From: an uncultured Candidatus Saccharibacteria bacterium
GTDB lineage: Bacteria > Patescibacteriota > Minisyncoccia > Minisyncoccales > Staskawiczbacteraceae
DNA length: 64,000 bases
Reading direction: 5' to 3'
Assembly (NCBI GenBank): GCA_964424305.1
Contig: CAYRHW010000003.1
Location: 4,895 to 68,894, forward strand
The notes below the pieces were generated by a model that was not told where the DNA came from, ran no database searches, and saw only the letters and a list, made by a program, of their open reading frames with translations. The position numbers and the translations under genes are program-made. Shown piece by piece: positions 1-8,727 of this stretch; position 1 is the stretch's first letter, and each line of letters begins with the position of its first letter.

Positions 1-399
1 CGACACTCCAACACCGTGCAAGCCCCCAGATACCTGATAAGCCTTGCTGCCGAACTTACCACCAGCATGTAAAACCGTCATTACAGTTTCAAGTGTTGAT
101 TTTTTTGTTTGTGGGTGTTTTTCTACTGGGATCCCTCTACCATCATCGGAAACTCGGACTGTATCATTGGGTAGTAAAGTAACATCAATATTCTTACAAT
201 GCCCGGCCATCGCTTCGTCTAAACTGTTATCAACTATTTCCCAAATCAAATGGTGCAAACCATCTAATCCAGTGGAACCAATATACATAGCCGGTCTTTT
301 TCTTACGGCTTCAAGACCCTTTAGGACGTAGATGTCCTTGGCTGTGTATCCGCCATCGCTTTTAATTTCTTCCTTTGGGTTTTTTTCTTTTGCTACCAT
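1..399 (-). CDS. gyrB: DNA gyrase subunit B, N-terminal 133 codons (gene continues past the left edge)
   Basis: Not in the ORF track. My translation from the ATG at 399 gives [67 protein letters not shown]...[23 protein letters not shown], which shows GHKL ATPase/GyrB motifs. Confidence 0.9.
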   Translation of the reverse strand, partial: MVAKEKNPKEEIKSDGGYTAKDIYVLKGLEAVRKRPAMYIGSTGLDGLHHLIWEIVDNSLDEAMAGHCKNIDVTLLPNDTVRVSDDGRGIPVEKHPQTKKSTLETVMTVLHAGGKFGSKAYQVSGGLHGVGVS

Positions 400-427
400 G
401 CTATTGTTTTTGTATTTTTAATTAAAT

Positions 428-1570
428 TTATCTTATAACGGCGCTTAAATCCTGTTTTGTTTTTTCCCTGATTTCTTCTTGGATTTTATTTATCTCTTCG
501 TTGGTTAACGTTCTTTCTGGAGATCTATAGACAATCCGGAAGGTATAACTCTTCTTGTCTTTACCAAACTTCTCTTCATTCTCATAACTATCTACAAGTT
601 TCACCTCTTCGATTATATTCTCTGCGAAATCTCTAACGATCTCGTAATAATTATTCAAATTTATATTTTTATCTATAACAAATGAAATATCTCTTGAAGT
701 TTCTGGATATTTACTTACTTCTTTATATTTACTATTAATATCTTTAAATTGACTAGTAATCCTTGAATCTTCTGACCACAAAATTCTAATATCCGGTATA
801 GCCATTTTTATCATTGCTAGTCTGTCTCCGAATCCAAATGCCCATCCGTTATATATCTCAGGGTCAATTCCAAAAGTTTTTAAGCAAATAGGATTCACAA
901 GGCCGGCACCGTTTACTTCCAGCCAGTCTCCGTTAAACATAATATCCATTTCAAGGCTTTCCACCGTGTATGGGAAATTATCATCTAAAAATTTATATTC
1001 TATATCGTCGCCGAAAATTCCTTTTGCCAAATCTGCCTGAACCTCCTTCAAATCATTCTGCGTTATTATCTTTTGATCTTTCCTGCAAATTAATAATCCG
1101 TCGATTTGATGAAAAGCGGGGAAATGATGTCTGTCAATTTCATCTTTCCTATATACAATACCGGGCGCCAATGCCTGGATGTGCCCGTCAGTTTCCAGTC
1201 TTTTTAAAACATCCTCATCTTTTAAATAAAATGACCAAAAGGCAGTCATCTGAGTCCTTAGGAGATGATCCTTATCCAAATAATAAGTATCGGTTTCTCT
1301 CCTGCTGGAGTGATCCTTTGGGGTATTTAACAGATCAAAATCTTGCTCGGGTGTTATAATTTTTGGGAACTCAACAATATCAAAGTCCTTAAACCTTGGT
1401 AATTTGATAATTTGATCAAACAAAATTTTAACGGGAGAGTTTTCCTTTTTAGTCAGATCGGGAAGTTTCAGCAATCTCTTGATCCTTTCTGCCTTAATAT
1501 CACTCCTCTTCTCTATTTCCTTAATTAAAACGTCCTCTTCGGGATTGGTTATTATTATATTTTTTCCCAT
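428..1570 (-). CDS. pheS: Phenylalanine--tRNA ligase, single-chain form: PheS-type catalytic core fused to a C-terminal FDX-ACB-like domain
   Basis: Class II motif 2 (GIVYRKDEIDRHHFPAFHQIDGL) and motif 3 (GWAFGFGDRLAMIKMAIPDIR). The C-terminal SRDISFVIDKN...YTFRIVYRSPERTLTNEEIN resembles the PheT B8/FDX-ACB domain. Confidence 0.85.
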   Translation of the reverse strand: MGKNIIITNPEEDVLIKEIEKRSDIKAERIKRLLKLPDLTKKENSPVKILFDQIIKLPRFKDFDIVEFPKIITPEQDFDLLNTPKDHSSRRETDTYYLDKDHLLRTQMTAFWSFYLKDEDVLKRLETDGHIQALAPGIVYRKDEIDRHHFPAFHQIDGLLICRKDQKIITQNDLKEVQADLAKGIFGDDIEYKFLDDNFPYTVESLEMDIMFNGDWLEVNGAGLVNPICLKTFGIDPEIYNGWAFGFGDRLAMIKMAIPDIRILWSEDSRITSQFKDINSKYKEVSKYPETSRDISFVIDKNINLNNYYEIVRDFAENIIEEVKLVDSYENEEKFGKDKKSYTFRIVYRSPERTLTNEEINKIQEEIREKTKQDLSAVIR

Positions 1571-1670
1571 GATATTATTCTTCTATTTTACCCTAAAATT
1601 ACGTCCAAAGCAATAGCTAAATACACCCAAAAAGCTGCCTGATATGACAGCTTTTTATATTGCAAAATAC

Positions 1671-1988
1671 TCATTTTTTAACCCACTCTCTGGTAATCCA
1701 TTTCCTATATACCGCATCTTCTAAATCAATACCCAAAAGATGGGCGTTTACGATGAGCATACCCAAAACATCTGCTAATTCCTTTGCGAGTTCTTTCTTT
1801 GATTCCTCCTTCGAAACATGCTTTTCCGGCCTACTCTTCTTTCTATGGATTAAAACTGCCTGAGATAATTCCCCCACTTCTTCATATAATTTGAATAACG
1901 CAAAATCTTCATCAATCTTTATATTATACCTCTCGCCATACTTCATGGCGTTTTCTACAACTTTTTTCTGAAGTTCTTTGAAATCCAT
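1671..1988 (-). CDS. MazG-like all-alpha NTP pyrophosphohydrolase (small)
   Basis: 105 aa with the EEVGELSQAV...ELADVLGMLI metal-binding helix pair typical of the MazG/NTP-PPase fold. Hairpin terminator at 1629-1656. Confidence 0.7.
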   Translation of the reverse strand: MDFKELQKKVVENAMKYGERYNIKIDEDFALFKLYEEVGELSQAVLIHRKKSRPEKHVSKEESKKELAKELADVLGMLIVNAHLLGIDLEDAVYRKWITREWVKK

Positions 1989-2024
1989 AATTAATATATT
2001 ATACCTATTTTAATAAAAAACGCA

Positions 2025-3290
2025 CTAATTTACTCCTCCAGCGCCCTTCCCGGCTAAATACCCAGTACTCCAGCAGGCTTGTAAATTAAAACCGCCAGTC
2101 TTGCCATCTATATCAATAATCTCTCCTGCAAAGTATAGATTGTCGATTATTCTCGACTTCATTGTTTTCCCATCTATTTCTTTAAGTGGAACTCCTCCGC
2201 TTGTAACCATAGCGGAATCAAAACCCAACAACTCGGTTGCGGTAACTCCTACTTGTTTCAGTAACTTTGCAATACTCACCCTCTCACTCTTAATTATATT
2301 ATTCGTTGGTTTTTCACCCCCTATCCCGATGACTTGCATAAAAATTGGGACAAGTTTCTGGGGCATGAGATCTGCCAAAAAATTCTTAACCGATATCTTC
2401 GGATTTTGGACGATCTTTTCATTAATCTTTTTTAAAAGTTCCTCGGCATTTAGGGTTGGATAGAAATCTATGCAAACTATTACCTCTCCCTTTTTTAGTA
2501 ACTCCCCTACTCTTTTGCTGACATTCAAAATTGCCGGGCCACTTAATCCAAAATGGGTGAATAAAACGTCTCCCACCCCCTGTAGTTGTTTTTTATTATT
2601 CTGGGCAACAGTTACCCCTACTTCCCTTAAAGACAACCCCTGCAAGTCTTTTACCCAATCCTCTTTTACTTTTATTGGCACAAGGGCCGGAGAAGGGCTT
2701 ACCACGCCGTGCCCCATATTTTTTAACCACTTCGTGCCATCTCCAGTAGACCCAGTTGTTGGATAAGAATTACCACCAATACAAAAAATGTATTTTTTAG
2801 CAACTACCTCCTTCCCTCCTACAACTATGTTTTTTATTTTCTTGTCTTTTAAAATGACGTTGGAAACCGGAGATTCTAAAAAGACATTAATTTTATTCTT
2901 TAATAAACATTTATTTAACACTTCCCGAACATCCCCGGCATTTCCAGACAAAGGAAAAACCCTGTTACCTCCCTCTACCTTTGTTTTAATCCCAAGCTTC
3001 TCAAAAAAACTAATAACTTCTTTCGGACCAAAAACAGAGAAAGCATGGAAAAGGAATTCTCCTCCCCTACTATAATTATCAACTAATTTTCTAAGATTGA
3101 ATTCTGCGTTAGTTAAATTACACCTACCATTGCCAGTTAAGAGAAGCTTCTTCCCAAGCTCCTTATTCTTCTCTAATAATACAACCCGAGCGCCAGCCTC
3201 TGCCGCCGTAATAGCTGCCATCATCCCAGCTGGGCCTCCACCGATTACTGCCACATCAAAAATCTTTTTTTCTGTTTTCATAACTTTCAT
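2025..3290 (-). CDS. FAD-dependent oxidoreductase, HI0933/BaiN-like flavoprotein family
   Basis: N-terminal dinucleotide fold DVAVIGGGPAGMMAAITAAEAG. The C-terminal FAGEIIDIDGKTGGFNLQACWSTGYLAG is typical of the HI0933 family. Confidence 0.8.
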   Translation of the reverse strand: MKVMKTEKKIFDVAVIGGGPAGMMAAITAAEAGARVVLLEKNKELGKKLLLTGNGRCNLTNAEFNLRKLVDNYSRGGEFLFHAFSVFGPKEVISFFEKLGIKTKVEGGNRVFPLSGNAGDVREVLNKCLLKNKINVFLESPVSNVILKDKKIKNIVVGGKEVVAKKYIFCIGGNSYPTTGSTGDGTKWLKNMGHGVVSPSPALVPIKVKEDWVKDLQGLSLREVGVTVAQNNKKQLQGVGDVLFTHFGLSGPAILNVSKRVGELLKKGEVIVCIDFYPTLNAEELLKKINEKIVQNPKISVKNFLADLMPQKLVPIFMQVIGIGGEKPTNNIIKSERVSIAKLLKQVGVTATELLGFDSAMVTSGGVPLKEIDGKTMKSRIIDNLYFAGEIIDIDGKTGGFNLQACWSTGYLAGKGAGGVN

Positions 3291-3359
3291 TAGTTTAACA
3301 CCTTATTTAGCTTGGTGTAAATAAAAAATCGCTAAAAAGCGACCAGCCCACCCTTGCTA

Positions 3360-5093
3360 CTATACGGGGACAGTAAAGTAGAAAGTACTTCCCTCCCCCT
3401 CGACAGAACCCACGCCGGTTACCCCCTGATGGGATTCTATAATCCCCTTAACTATTGCTAGACCCAGCCCAGTCCCCTGTTTCTTAATAAATGTGTCCTT
3501 CACTTGGGAAAATTTGTTAAAGAGTTGGCTTATCTCCATGCTTGGGATCCCCCGCCCGTCATCGGTGACCGCAATAACCAAAGAATCTGCTAAATTATTG
3601 AAACTTTCTGATTGCTCATTAAAGAACCAGACCATCTTCTCTGTTTTCACCTCTTCTTTTATGTCTTTACCATTTTTGTGGAATAAGACGTCCACACTAA
3701 CTTTCCCATCCTTCTTAGAAAACTTAATGGCATTAGAGATAAGATTATTTAAAACCTGAGAAATTGTGAAATAATCAAAGTTAACTTTCTCTGGTAGATT
3801 ACTCCCAAGATGTTTTACTAATTTGATTCCGGAATCTTGAGCTAATGTATTTAGGAACCCAACACACTCATCGATAAGTTGTTTAATATCAGATGGCTGC
3901 TTCTGAATTTGGAACTTCCCAGCTTCTATCTTCGCAACGTCTAAAAGGTTATTGATCAATTCCAGCATGTCGGTAGATTTTTTATACATCATCTGGAAAT
4001 ATTCCATCTGCTCTGATTTCTTTTGCTTATTTGATCTAATAAACTCGACCATCTTTTTAATGGTGCCCAATGGAGATCTCAGCTCGTGGACTATCATTGA
4101 AGTAAAATCTTCTCTCATTCTCTCAATTTCCTTTTCTCGAGTCATATCTCTAAAAATCACGATGCAACCCAAAACCTCTTTTTGTAGTCCGACTGTCCCC
4201 TCAACCGGAGAGACGATGATACGATAAAACTTATCTTGTAGTAAAATTTCATCGGAAGAAAAAGTTTTCCCTATTTTAATACTTTCTTCTATCTTCTCTC
4301 TAAAATTAAACTTCTCGCCTAGCTTATCAACAAAATCAAAAACAGATAATTCTTTTTTATCTGCCAACCCAATGGCACTCTTCGCAGCCGGATTAACAAC
4401 TACAATCCTATAGTCCTTATCTGTCATGACAACACCCTCTATCATACTTTCCACCATTGCATTTAGTTTCCCCTCCTCGATGCCAATGACCTCCTGCAAC
4501 CGAGTGACAGCCTGGGAAGCTTGCTGTGTTATTTTATATAGGATCGTCATTTCTTCTTCCTTATACAGTCCACTCTTTGTATCCGTAATGGTTAGAACGC
4601 CGACTAACTTACCTGCGATAACTAAAGGAATGTTAAAAAATGAACGGACCGGCTCGTCAATATTTTCGGATAAGATTGCCCCCGATAGAATTTCTTCTAT
4701 TCTTATCTTTTTGAAATCGTTATTTAGAAGTGCGGAAAGAGAACCGATCATCCTTGCCTTAATATCGTCTATGAACTTTCTTGAGACTGACTCCTCAAGA
4801 TGAACCTTAAACACTATTTTCTCTGGTTCAATGAACATATATGATACGGCACTATACCCAATAAACTGGTGCAGGGAACCAGTAATGATATCTATTATGT
4901 TCTGCACATTTAGAGAATATCCTATCCTGTCACCAAGTTCCTTTAAGATAGAAAGCTCGTACATTCTCCGTTTTGTGCTTTCCTCCCTCTTAATCAGACT
5001 CTCTTGCAAATTCCGGCTTTTTATATAAACAAAAAAAGCACTGACAACAGCAAGAAGAGCAATCGAGTAAGATACGATTATAGAAACTGCCAT
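3360..5093 (-). CDS. Sensor histidine kinase (TM anchor, GAF-like, PAS-like, HisKA, HATPase_c)
   Basis: H-box FTSMIVHELRSPL, N-box LNNLISNAIKFS and G-boxes DDGRGI / GTGLGLAIVKGI. The N-terminus is hydrophobic. Confidence 0.9.
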   Translation of the reverse strand: MAVSIIVSYSIALLAVVSAFFVYIKSRNLQESLIKREESTKRRMYELSILKELGDRIGYSLNVQNIIDIITGSLHQFIGYSAVSYMFIEPEKIVFKVHLEESVSRKFIDDIKARMIGSLSALLNNDFKKIRIEEILSGAILSENIDEPVRSFFNIPLVIAGKLVGVLTITDTKSGLYKEEEMTILYKITQQASQAVTRLQEVIGIEEGKLNAMVESMIEGVVMTDKDYRIVVVNPAAKSAIGLADKKELSVFDFVDKLGEKFNFREKIEESIKIGKTFSSDEILLQDKFYRIIVSPVEGTVGLQKEVLGCIVIFRDMTREKEIERMREDFTSMIVHELRSPLGTIKKMVEFIRSNKQKKSEQMEYFQMMYKKSTDMLELINNLLDVAKIEAGKFQIQKQPSDIKQLIDECVGFLNTLAQDSGIKLVKHLGSNLPEKVNFDYFTISQVLNNLISNAIKFSKKDGKVSVDVLFHKNGKDIKEEVKTEKMVWFFNEQSESFNNLADSLVIAVTDDGRGIPSMEISQLFNKFSQVKDTFIKKQGTGLGLAIVKGIIESHQGVTGVGSVEGEGSTFYFTVPV

Positions 5094-5112
5094 TACAAAA
5101 ACTGACTATGAA

Positions 5113-5442
5113 TTACTTACCGGTTAATTTTTCAGTTTCCTTCCTAGCGTCTTCGAGAACCTTAAGGGTTAAAAGAAACACGACAAACCAAACAAGAAAA
5201 ACTGGCAGACCCAGATAGATACCTCTTTCGTCAACAAGCATAAGAACTGTGGTCACTATCCCCAAACTATACATTTCTACTAGAATTGTTAAAACTAAAA
5301 CCTTCGTAAGTTTACCAATCAATGACCCCTTAACCAACCTGTAAACACTACTTCCTTTTACGAAAAGATAGATACTTCCAGCAATCAAAACTGGCCACCC
5401 TATAATTAGTATTAAATTTCTTATCATAATTAAATATTGCAT
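5113..5442 (-). CDS. Small integral membrane protein, unknown function
   Basis: 109 aa with about 3 hydrophobic spans. Lies between the kinase and the regulator. Confidence 0.5.
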   Translation of the reverse strand: MQYLIMIRNLILIIGWPVLIAGSIYLFVKGSSVYRLVKGSLIGKLTKVLVLTILVEMYSLGIVTTVLMLVDERGIYLGLPVFLVWFVVFLLTLKVLEDARKETEKLTGK

Positions 5443-5447
5443 AATAA

Positions 5448-5717
5448 CTATTCAACTTTTTTAATTTGTGGATACTTTGTAAAGATCGAGCTTAATGCGC
5501 TCTTAACGATCATACCCGATAGTTCCACGTAGGTATCAATTAATTTCTCAACAGCTTCGGCTGGATCGCCGTTAATGCCGGTGACCTTACCCGAATCATC
5601 TACGGTTAAACCAGCTACATTTCTCGCCTTTAGTATCGCGATGTCTGGGCCTAGAATAACGGCCTGCTTTCCGATAATTTCTGTTAATAATCCTAAATAT
5701 TGAGCTTTATCGTCCAT
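5448..5717 (-). CDS. Hypothetical soluble protein (89 aa)
   Basis: ORF in an operon position between the response regulator and the membrane protein. No motif recognised. Confidence 0.45.
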   Translation of the reverse strand: MDDKAQYLGLLTEIIGKQAVILGPDIAILKARNVAGLTVDDSGKVTGINGDPAEAVEKLIDTYVELSGMIVKSALSSIFTKYPQIKKVE

Positions 5718-5754
5718 TTTATTTAAATATTAAATTATTAATGCGACCTTTTAA

Positions 5755-6138
5755 TTAGATTCCTGTTTCTAATTTTTGTTTCACTCTTTTCGCCAATTCT
5801 TCTGCGCTCCAAGTAGATTTAACTAAATAATCATAAGCGCCGGTTGCCAGGAAATCTGCCATCGTTCTTTCGCCAGTTAAATTAGTCAATATGATAATAT
5901 TTGCATTTTTACCCCATTTATCTTTCCTCAACTCCATAACCATTTCCATCCCGTTCATAATTGGCATCATGACGTCAACTAAGAGCAAATCCGGATGCTC
6001 CCTAAGCGCTATTTCTAGACCTTCCTTACCGTTCTCTGCCTCAAAAATAGTATACTTCTCTTTTTTAAGGGTATCGACGTTGACACGCCTAGACGCTGCA
6101 TCATCTTCCACTATTAAAATCTTTTTATTTATCTCCAT
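5755..6138 (-). CDS. Single-domain response regulator (CheY-like receiver)
   Basis: The patterns ILIVEDD...LLLVDVMMP...ILT...K show the receiver acidic pocket and phospho-acceptor Asp context. Confidence 0.9.
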   Translation of the reverse strand: MEINKKILIVEDDAASRRVNVDTLKKEKYTIFEAENGKEGLEIALREHPDLLLVDVMMPIMNGMEMVMELRKDKWGKNANIIILTNLTGERTMADFLATGAYDYLVKSTWSAEELAKRVKQKLETGI

Positions 6139-6236
6139 AATTAAAAATTATAAATTTTGATTTTCATCTATATTTTACCATAAATTTGAAAAGCAAGATA
6201 TAATTTTATCCACAATATTAACCAACTTTTTGTCAA

Positions 6237-6262
6237 CAAAAAAACCCACGATGTTATCGGGG
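6237..6262 (-). terminator. Rho-independent terminator after the 6269-6553 gene
   Basis: The minus strand reads CCCCGATAACATCGTGGG followed by TTTTTTT. Confidence 0.6.
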
Positions 6263-6268
6263 CTTCAT

Positions 6269-6553
6269 TTAAGCAGCGAGACGACTTCCCAAATAGTATA
6301 CAAATAATTCATGCCTCTCATTGGGGCAATGAATTGTAATGCCATTCCTGGCTAATATCTCCCACATCAAATCAAATACTTGTATCGACAAGGTCTTGCT
6401 ATCGGAAAGATCGGGGTCAAAATTCAAAATCCACAATCTCAGAAAATTATGAGACAAAATAAGATCAAGGCTATGAAGACTTGAATTCCTTCGGATATTT
6501 GCCAAATGTGCAATTTCTTTTTGCAAACGCTCCATCATTATTGCCTCGGTCAT
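6269..6553 (-). CDS. Hypothetical protein, 94 aa (start re-called from the track ORF 6269-6622)
   Basis: A TTGACA-N17-TAGTAT promoter lies inside the track ORF's 5' end. The in-frame ATG at 6553 is preceded by AAGGGAG. GC is higher than in the flanks. Confidence 0.55.
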   Translation of the reverse strand: MTEAIMMERLQKEIAHLANIRRNSSLHSLDLILSHNFLRLWILNFDPDLSDSKTLSIQVFDLMWEILARNGITIHCPNERHELFVYYLGSRLAA

Positions 6554-6593
6554 CGCTACTCCCTTCGGTCTGTTAAAGATCCGCGAAAAATAC

Positions 6594-6622
6594 ATACTAA
6601 CAGAACGTAACATAAATGTCAA
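6594..6622 (-). promoter_or_regulatory. Sigma70-type promoter (TTGACA, 17-nt spacer, TAGTAT)
   Basis: Read on the minus strand: -35 at 6622-6617 and -10 at 6599-6594. Confidence 0.55.
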
Positions 6623-6711
6623 TAATTGATAGCAACAAAAAAGCTCGGCGGGACTTCGCAGAGCCTAGGTCTATTCTACTATCAAACAATCGACCGCCGA
6701 TAAAACCCAAA

Positions 6712-6813
6712 TTATTTCTTTCTCTTCGGACGAACCATCTCTTCAAGATAATATAGCATTGTAAAAAAGGCCAATATAGTTACACCAATTATTAGCGCGT
6801 CCTTGAGCATCAT
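6712..6813 (-). CDS. Possible 33-aa single-pass membrane peptide (below the ORF-track size cutoff)
   Basis: GGAAGGAGAAAG precedes ATGATG. Translation is MMLKDALIIGVTILAFFTMLYYLEEMVRPKRKK, a hydrophobic core with a basic tail. Confidence 0.4.
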   Translation of the reverse strand: MMLKDALIIGVTILAFFTMLYYLEEMVRPKRKK

Positions 6814-6902
6814 CTTTCTCCTTCCACAGATGGATTCCACTATTTAAATATTAAATTGACAAATAACAAGATAATATAATCTACAATTTTAATTAGTTGC
6901 TG

Positions 6903-7196
6903 TCAAAGCGCTTCGTTCTCGGGTGCTTCTTTTTTCTTTTCAATCGGGACTAGAACGCGCTTCTCATTAAGCTCGACTAATGGCTTGCGGCCGAGATGAC
7001 TTTCTAGCCACACATACAGTTCGTCCTCACCAGGCATTTTACTGTAATCAGTCCTTTCTTTTAATAATAAGTCCTCAACTTGATGGGGTTCATTCTTTTC
7101 TGCTAAATCCATAACAGCACTCCAATATTCTTGGGCGTCTTTCCACTCCCTTTTTTCTAATATTTGCTCTGAATCATCCTTAAATTCCTCTACCAT
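6903..7196 (-). CDS. Hypothetical acidic protein (97 aa)
   Basis: ORF only. It is rich in Glu/Asp/Lys and has no recognisable motif or obvious SD. Confidence 0.4.
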   Translation of the reverse strand: MVEEFKDDSEQILEKREWKDAQEYWSAVMDLAEKNEPHQVEDLLLKERTDYSKMPGEDELYVWLESHLGRKPLVELNEKRVLVPIEKKKEAPENEAL

Positions 7197-7310
7197 AAAT
7201 ATATTTTACCAAAAACCCAATTCAATTAAAAGATGCTTAAATAATGAAAAACCCCGGGATATCCTCCTGGGGTCTCTAGAAAATAATATTATGATTTACT
7301 CTTTGGTCTT

Positions 7311-7670
7311 TTAAAGATGCTGCCACAGAGACAGCTCAATAATATTAATTCCCTGAATTTTTCTCTTGCCCTTTTTTCCAAGGCCCCTTACAAGCCTTTT
7401 GAACTCCAGATATTTTCTGTAATTGCAACTCGATAATTCACATCGCGTTACTCCCTCTTCGGGGAAGGTGTGAATAGCGAGATGGCTTTCAGCAAGAACC
7501 CAAACAGCAGTGTAACCCTGTGGTTTAAAGGGGACTCCGATGAAACCCTTTATTCTGAACTTACTTTGTCTCAAAATAGTCGTGAATCGTTTCTTCAACT
7601 CCCTTGCATCGACTTTGTCGATCCAGAAAAGGAAGTTATAAATCCTGGCCTTCATTTTTTTGGGCTTCAT
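7311..7670 (-). CDS. S-adenosylmethionine decarboxylase-like pyruvoyl enzyme proenzyme (SpeH/AdoMetDC class 1 family)
   Basis: VWVLAESHLAIHTFPEEG matches the self-cleavage/pyruvoyl motif (ES|H..IHT.PE). A strong SD (AGGAGGTG) lies upstream and a hairpin terminator at 7246-7273. Confidence 0.65.
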   Translation of the reverse strand: MKPKKMKARIYNFLFWIDKVDARELKKRFTTILRQSKFRIKGFIGVPFKPQGYTAVWVLAESHLAIHTFPEEGVTRCELSSCNYRKYLEFKRLVRGLGKKGKRKIQGINIIELSLWQHL

Positions 7671-7808
7671 GTTAGCACCTCCTTTGCCCTGGCTGTTGGT
7701 TATATTCTCGATGTCAAAGAAAAATTATTTTTGTAATTATATATTAATCTTAATAACAATTTTTTACAATGAAAAACCACAAGTAAAAATAAAATTAAAC
7801 CCGTGTTA

Positions 7809-7834
7809 CAAAAAAAATCCACCATTTTGGCGGA
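7809..7834 (-). terminator. Rho-independent terminator after the 7846-8625 gene
   Basis: The minus strand reads TCCGCCAAAATGGTGGA followed by TTTTTTTT. Confidence 0.6.
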
Positions 7835-7845
7835 CAGTTCTCGTC

Positions 7846-8625
7846 TCAGCTGTTAATGGTGTTGATGGTTGCATCAATTTCATAGCCAAGTTTTACTTTC
7901 CTGGCGATGATGCTAATGCGGAACCTACCAACATTTTTAATGCCGATTTCTATAACCCCTGCGGCCGGGGCATATTCGTAATTAAGGGCAATTCCTGCCA
8001 TAACGAATAATTCGTTGATCACTTTGGCAGAAATATTTGCCGGAATGCGTAAATCCCGCGACTCTTTACAATCAATGGTGAAAATATGCCCCTGATCATC
8101 CGGGCGGATCTTGAATCCCTTTGCGTCAAGGTTGAAGACCATAGCGATGGCATCGTTAAGCCACGCGGTCGATTGATCTCTTTCGGAATCTGGTCTCCCG
8201 ATAGGAAGTCCCGTGGCCCAAACACCAACATCCCCACGCTTCTTCTTTTTCCAAAGCCACACTTCCCCATCACCCAATCGCATTACCACTGCCTTTACCC
8301 TGTTGTTATACACAAAACGAATCAAGGCTGCCTCAATCTCTGCGGTGCTATCGCTTGGTTGCAGTACCTCTGCCACTTTGAACTGAGGCGGAATTTCTAT
8401 CGCCGTTACTTCGCCTTGCTGGATGTATGCAACGAATACTTCGGTGCCCCACCAGAGGACAACATCACCGAAAGAAATCTCAGTATGAAAAGGTACACCT
8501 TTATCGGATGCCAGTTTATGGTCGTTAGCCCAAATAGCTCTTAAAAAGCTGACAATCTCCATTCTCCAGCGAAATGTTGCCCATTTGCCTGGAGAAATTC
8601 CCTGCAGAAAGAAAGCTTCAATCAT
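7846..8625 (-). CDS. Hypothetical protein, 259 aa (start re-called; the track ORF used TTG at 8667)
   Basis: The ATG at 8625 is preceded by GGAAGGAG. It has its own promoter and terminator. GC is elevated (31/60 in line 8101-8160). No motif recognised. Confidence 0.6.
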   Translation of the reverse strand: MIEAFFLQGISPGKWATFRWRMEIVSFLRAIWANDHKLASDKGVPFHTEISFGDVVLWWGTEVFVAYIQQGEVTAIEIPPQFKVAEVLQPSDSTAEIEAALIRFVYNNRVKAVVMRLGDGEVWLWKKKKRGDVGVWATGLPIGRPDSERDQSTAWLNDAIAMVFNLDAKGFKIRPDDQGHIFTIDCKESRDLRIPANISAKVINELFVMAGIALNYEYAPAAGVIEIGIKNVGRFRISIIARKVKLGYEIDATINTINS

Positions 8626-8694
8626 ATCTCTTCTCCTTCCTTGGTAGATATTTCTGTCATTTCGCAATTATTTTTATTTAAAACGGCTGATACC

Positions 8695-8723
8695 AGTATA
8701 CGTTTCAATTTGAGTTTTGTCAA
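8695..8723 (-). promoter_or_regulatory. Sigma70-type promoter (TTGACA, 17-nt spacer, TATACT)
   Basis: Read on the minus strand: -35 at 8723-8718 and -10 at 8700-8695, about 70 nt upstream of the ATG at 8625. Confidence 0.6.
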
Positions 8724-8727
8724 CCAC

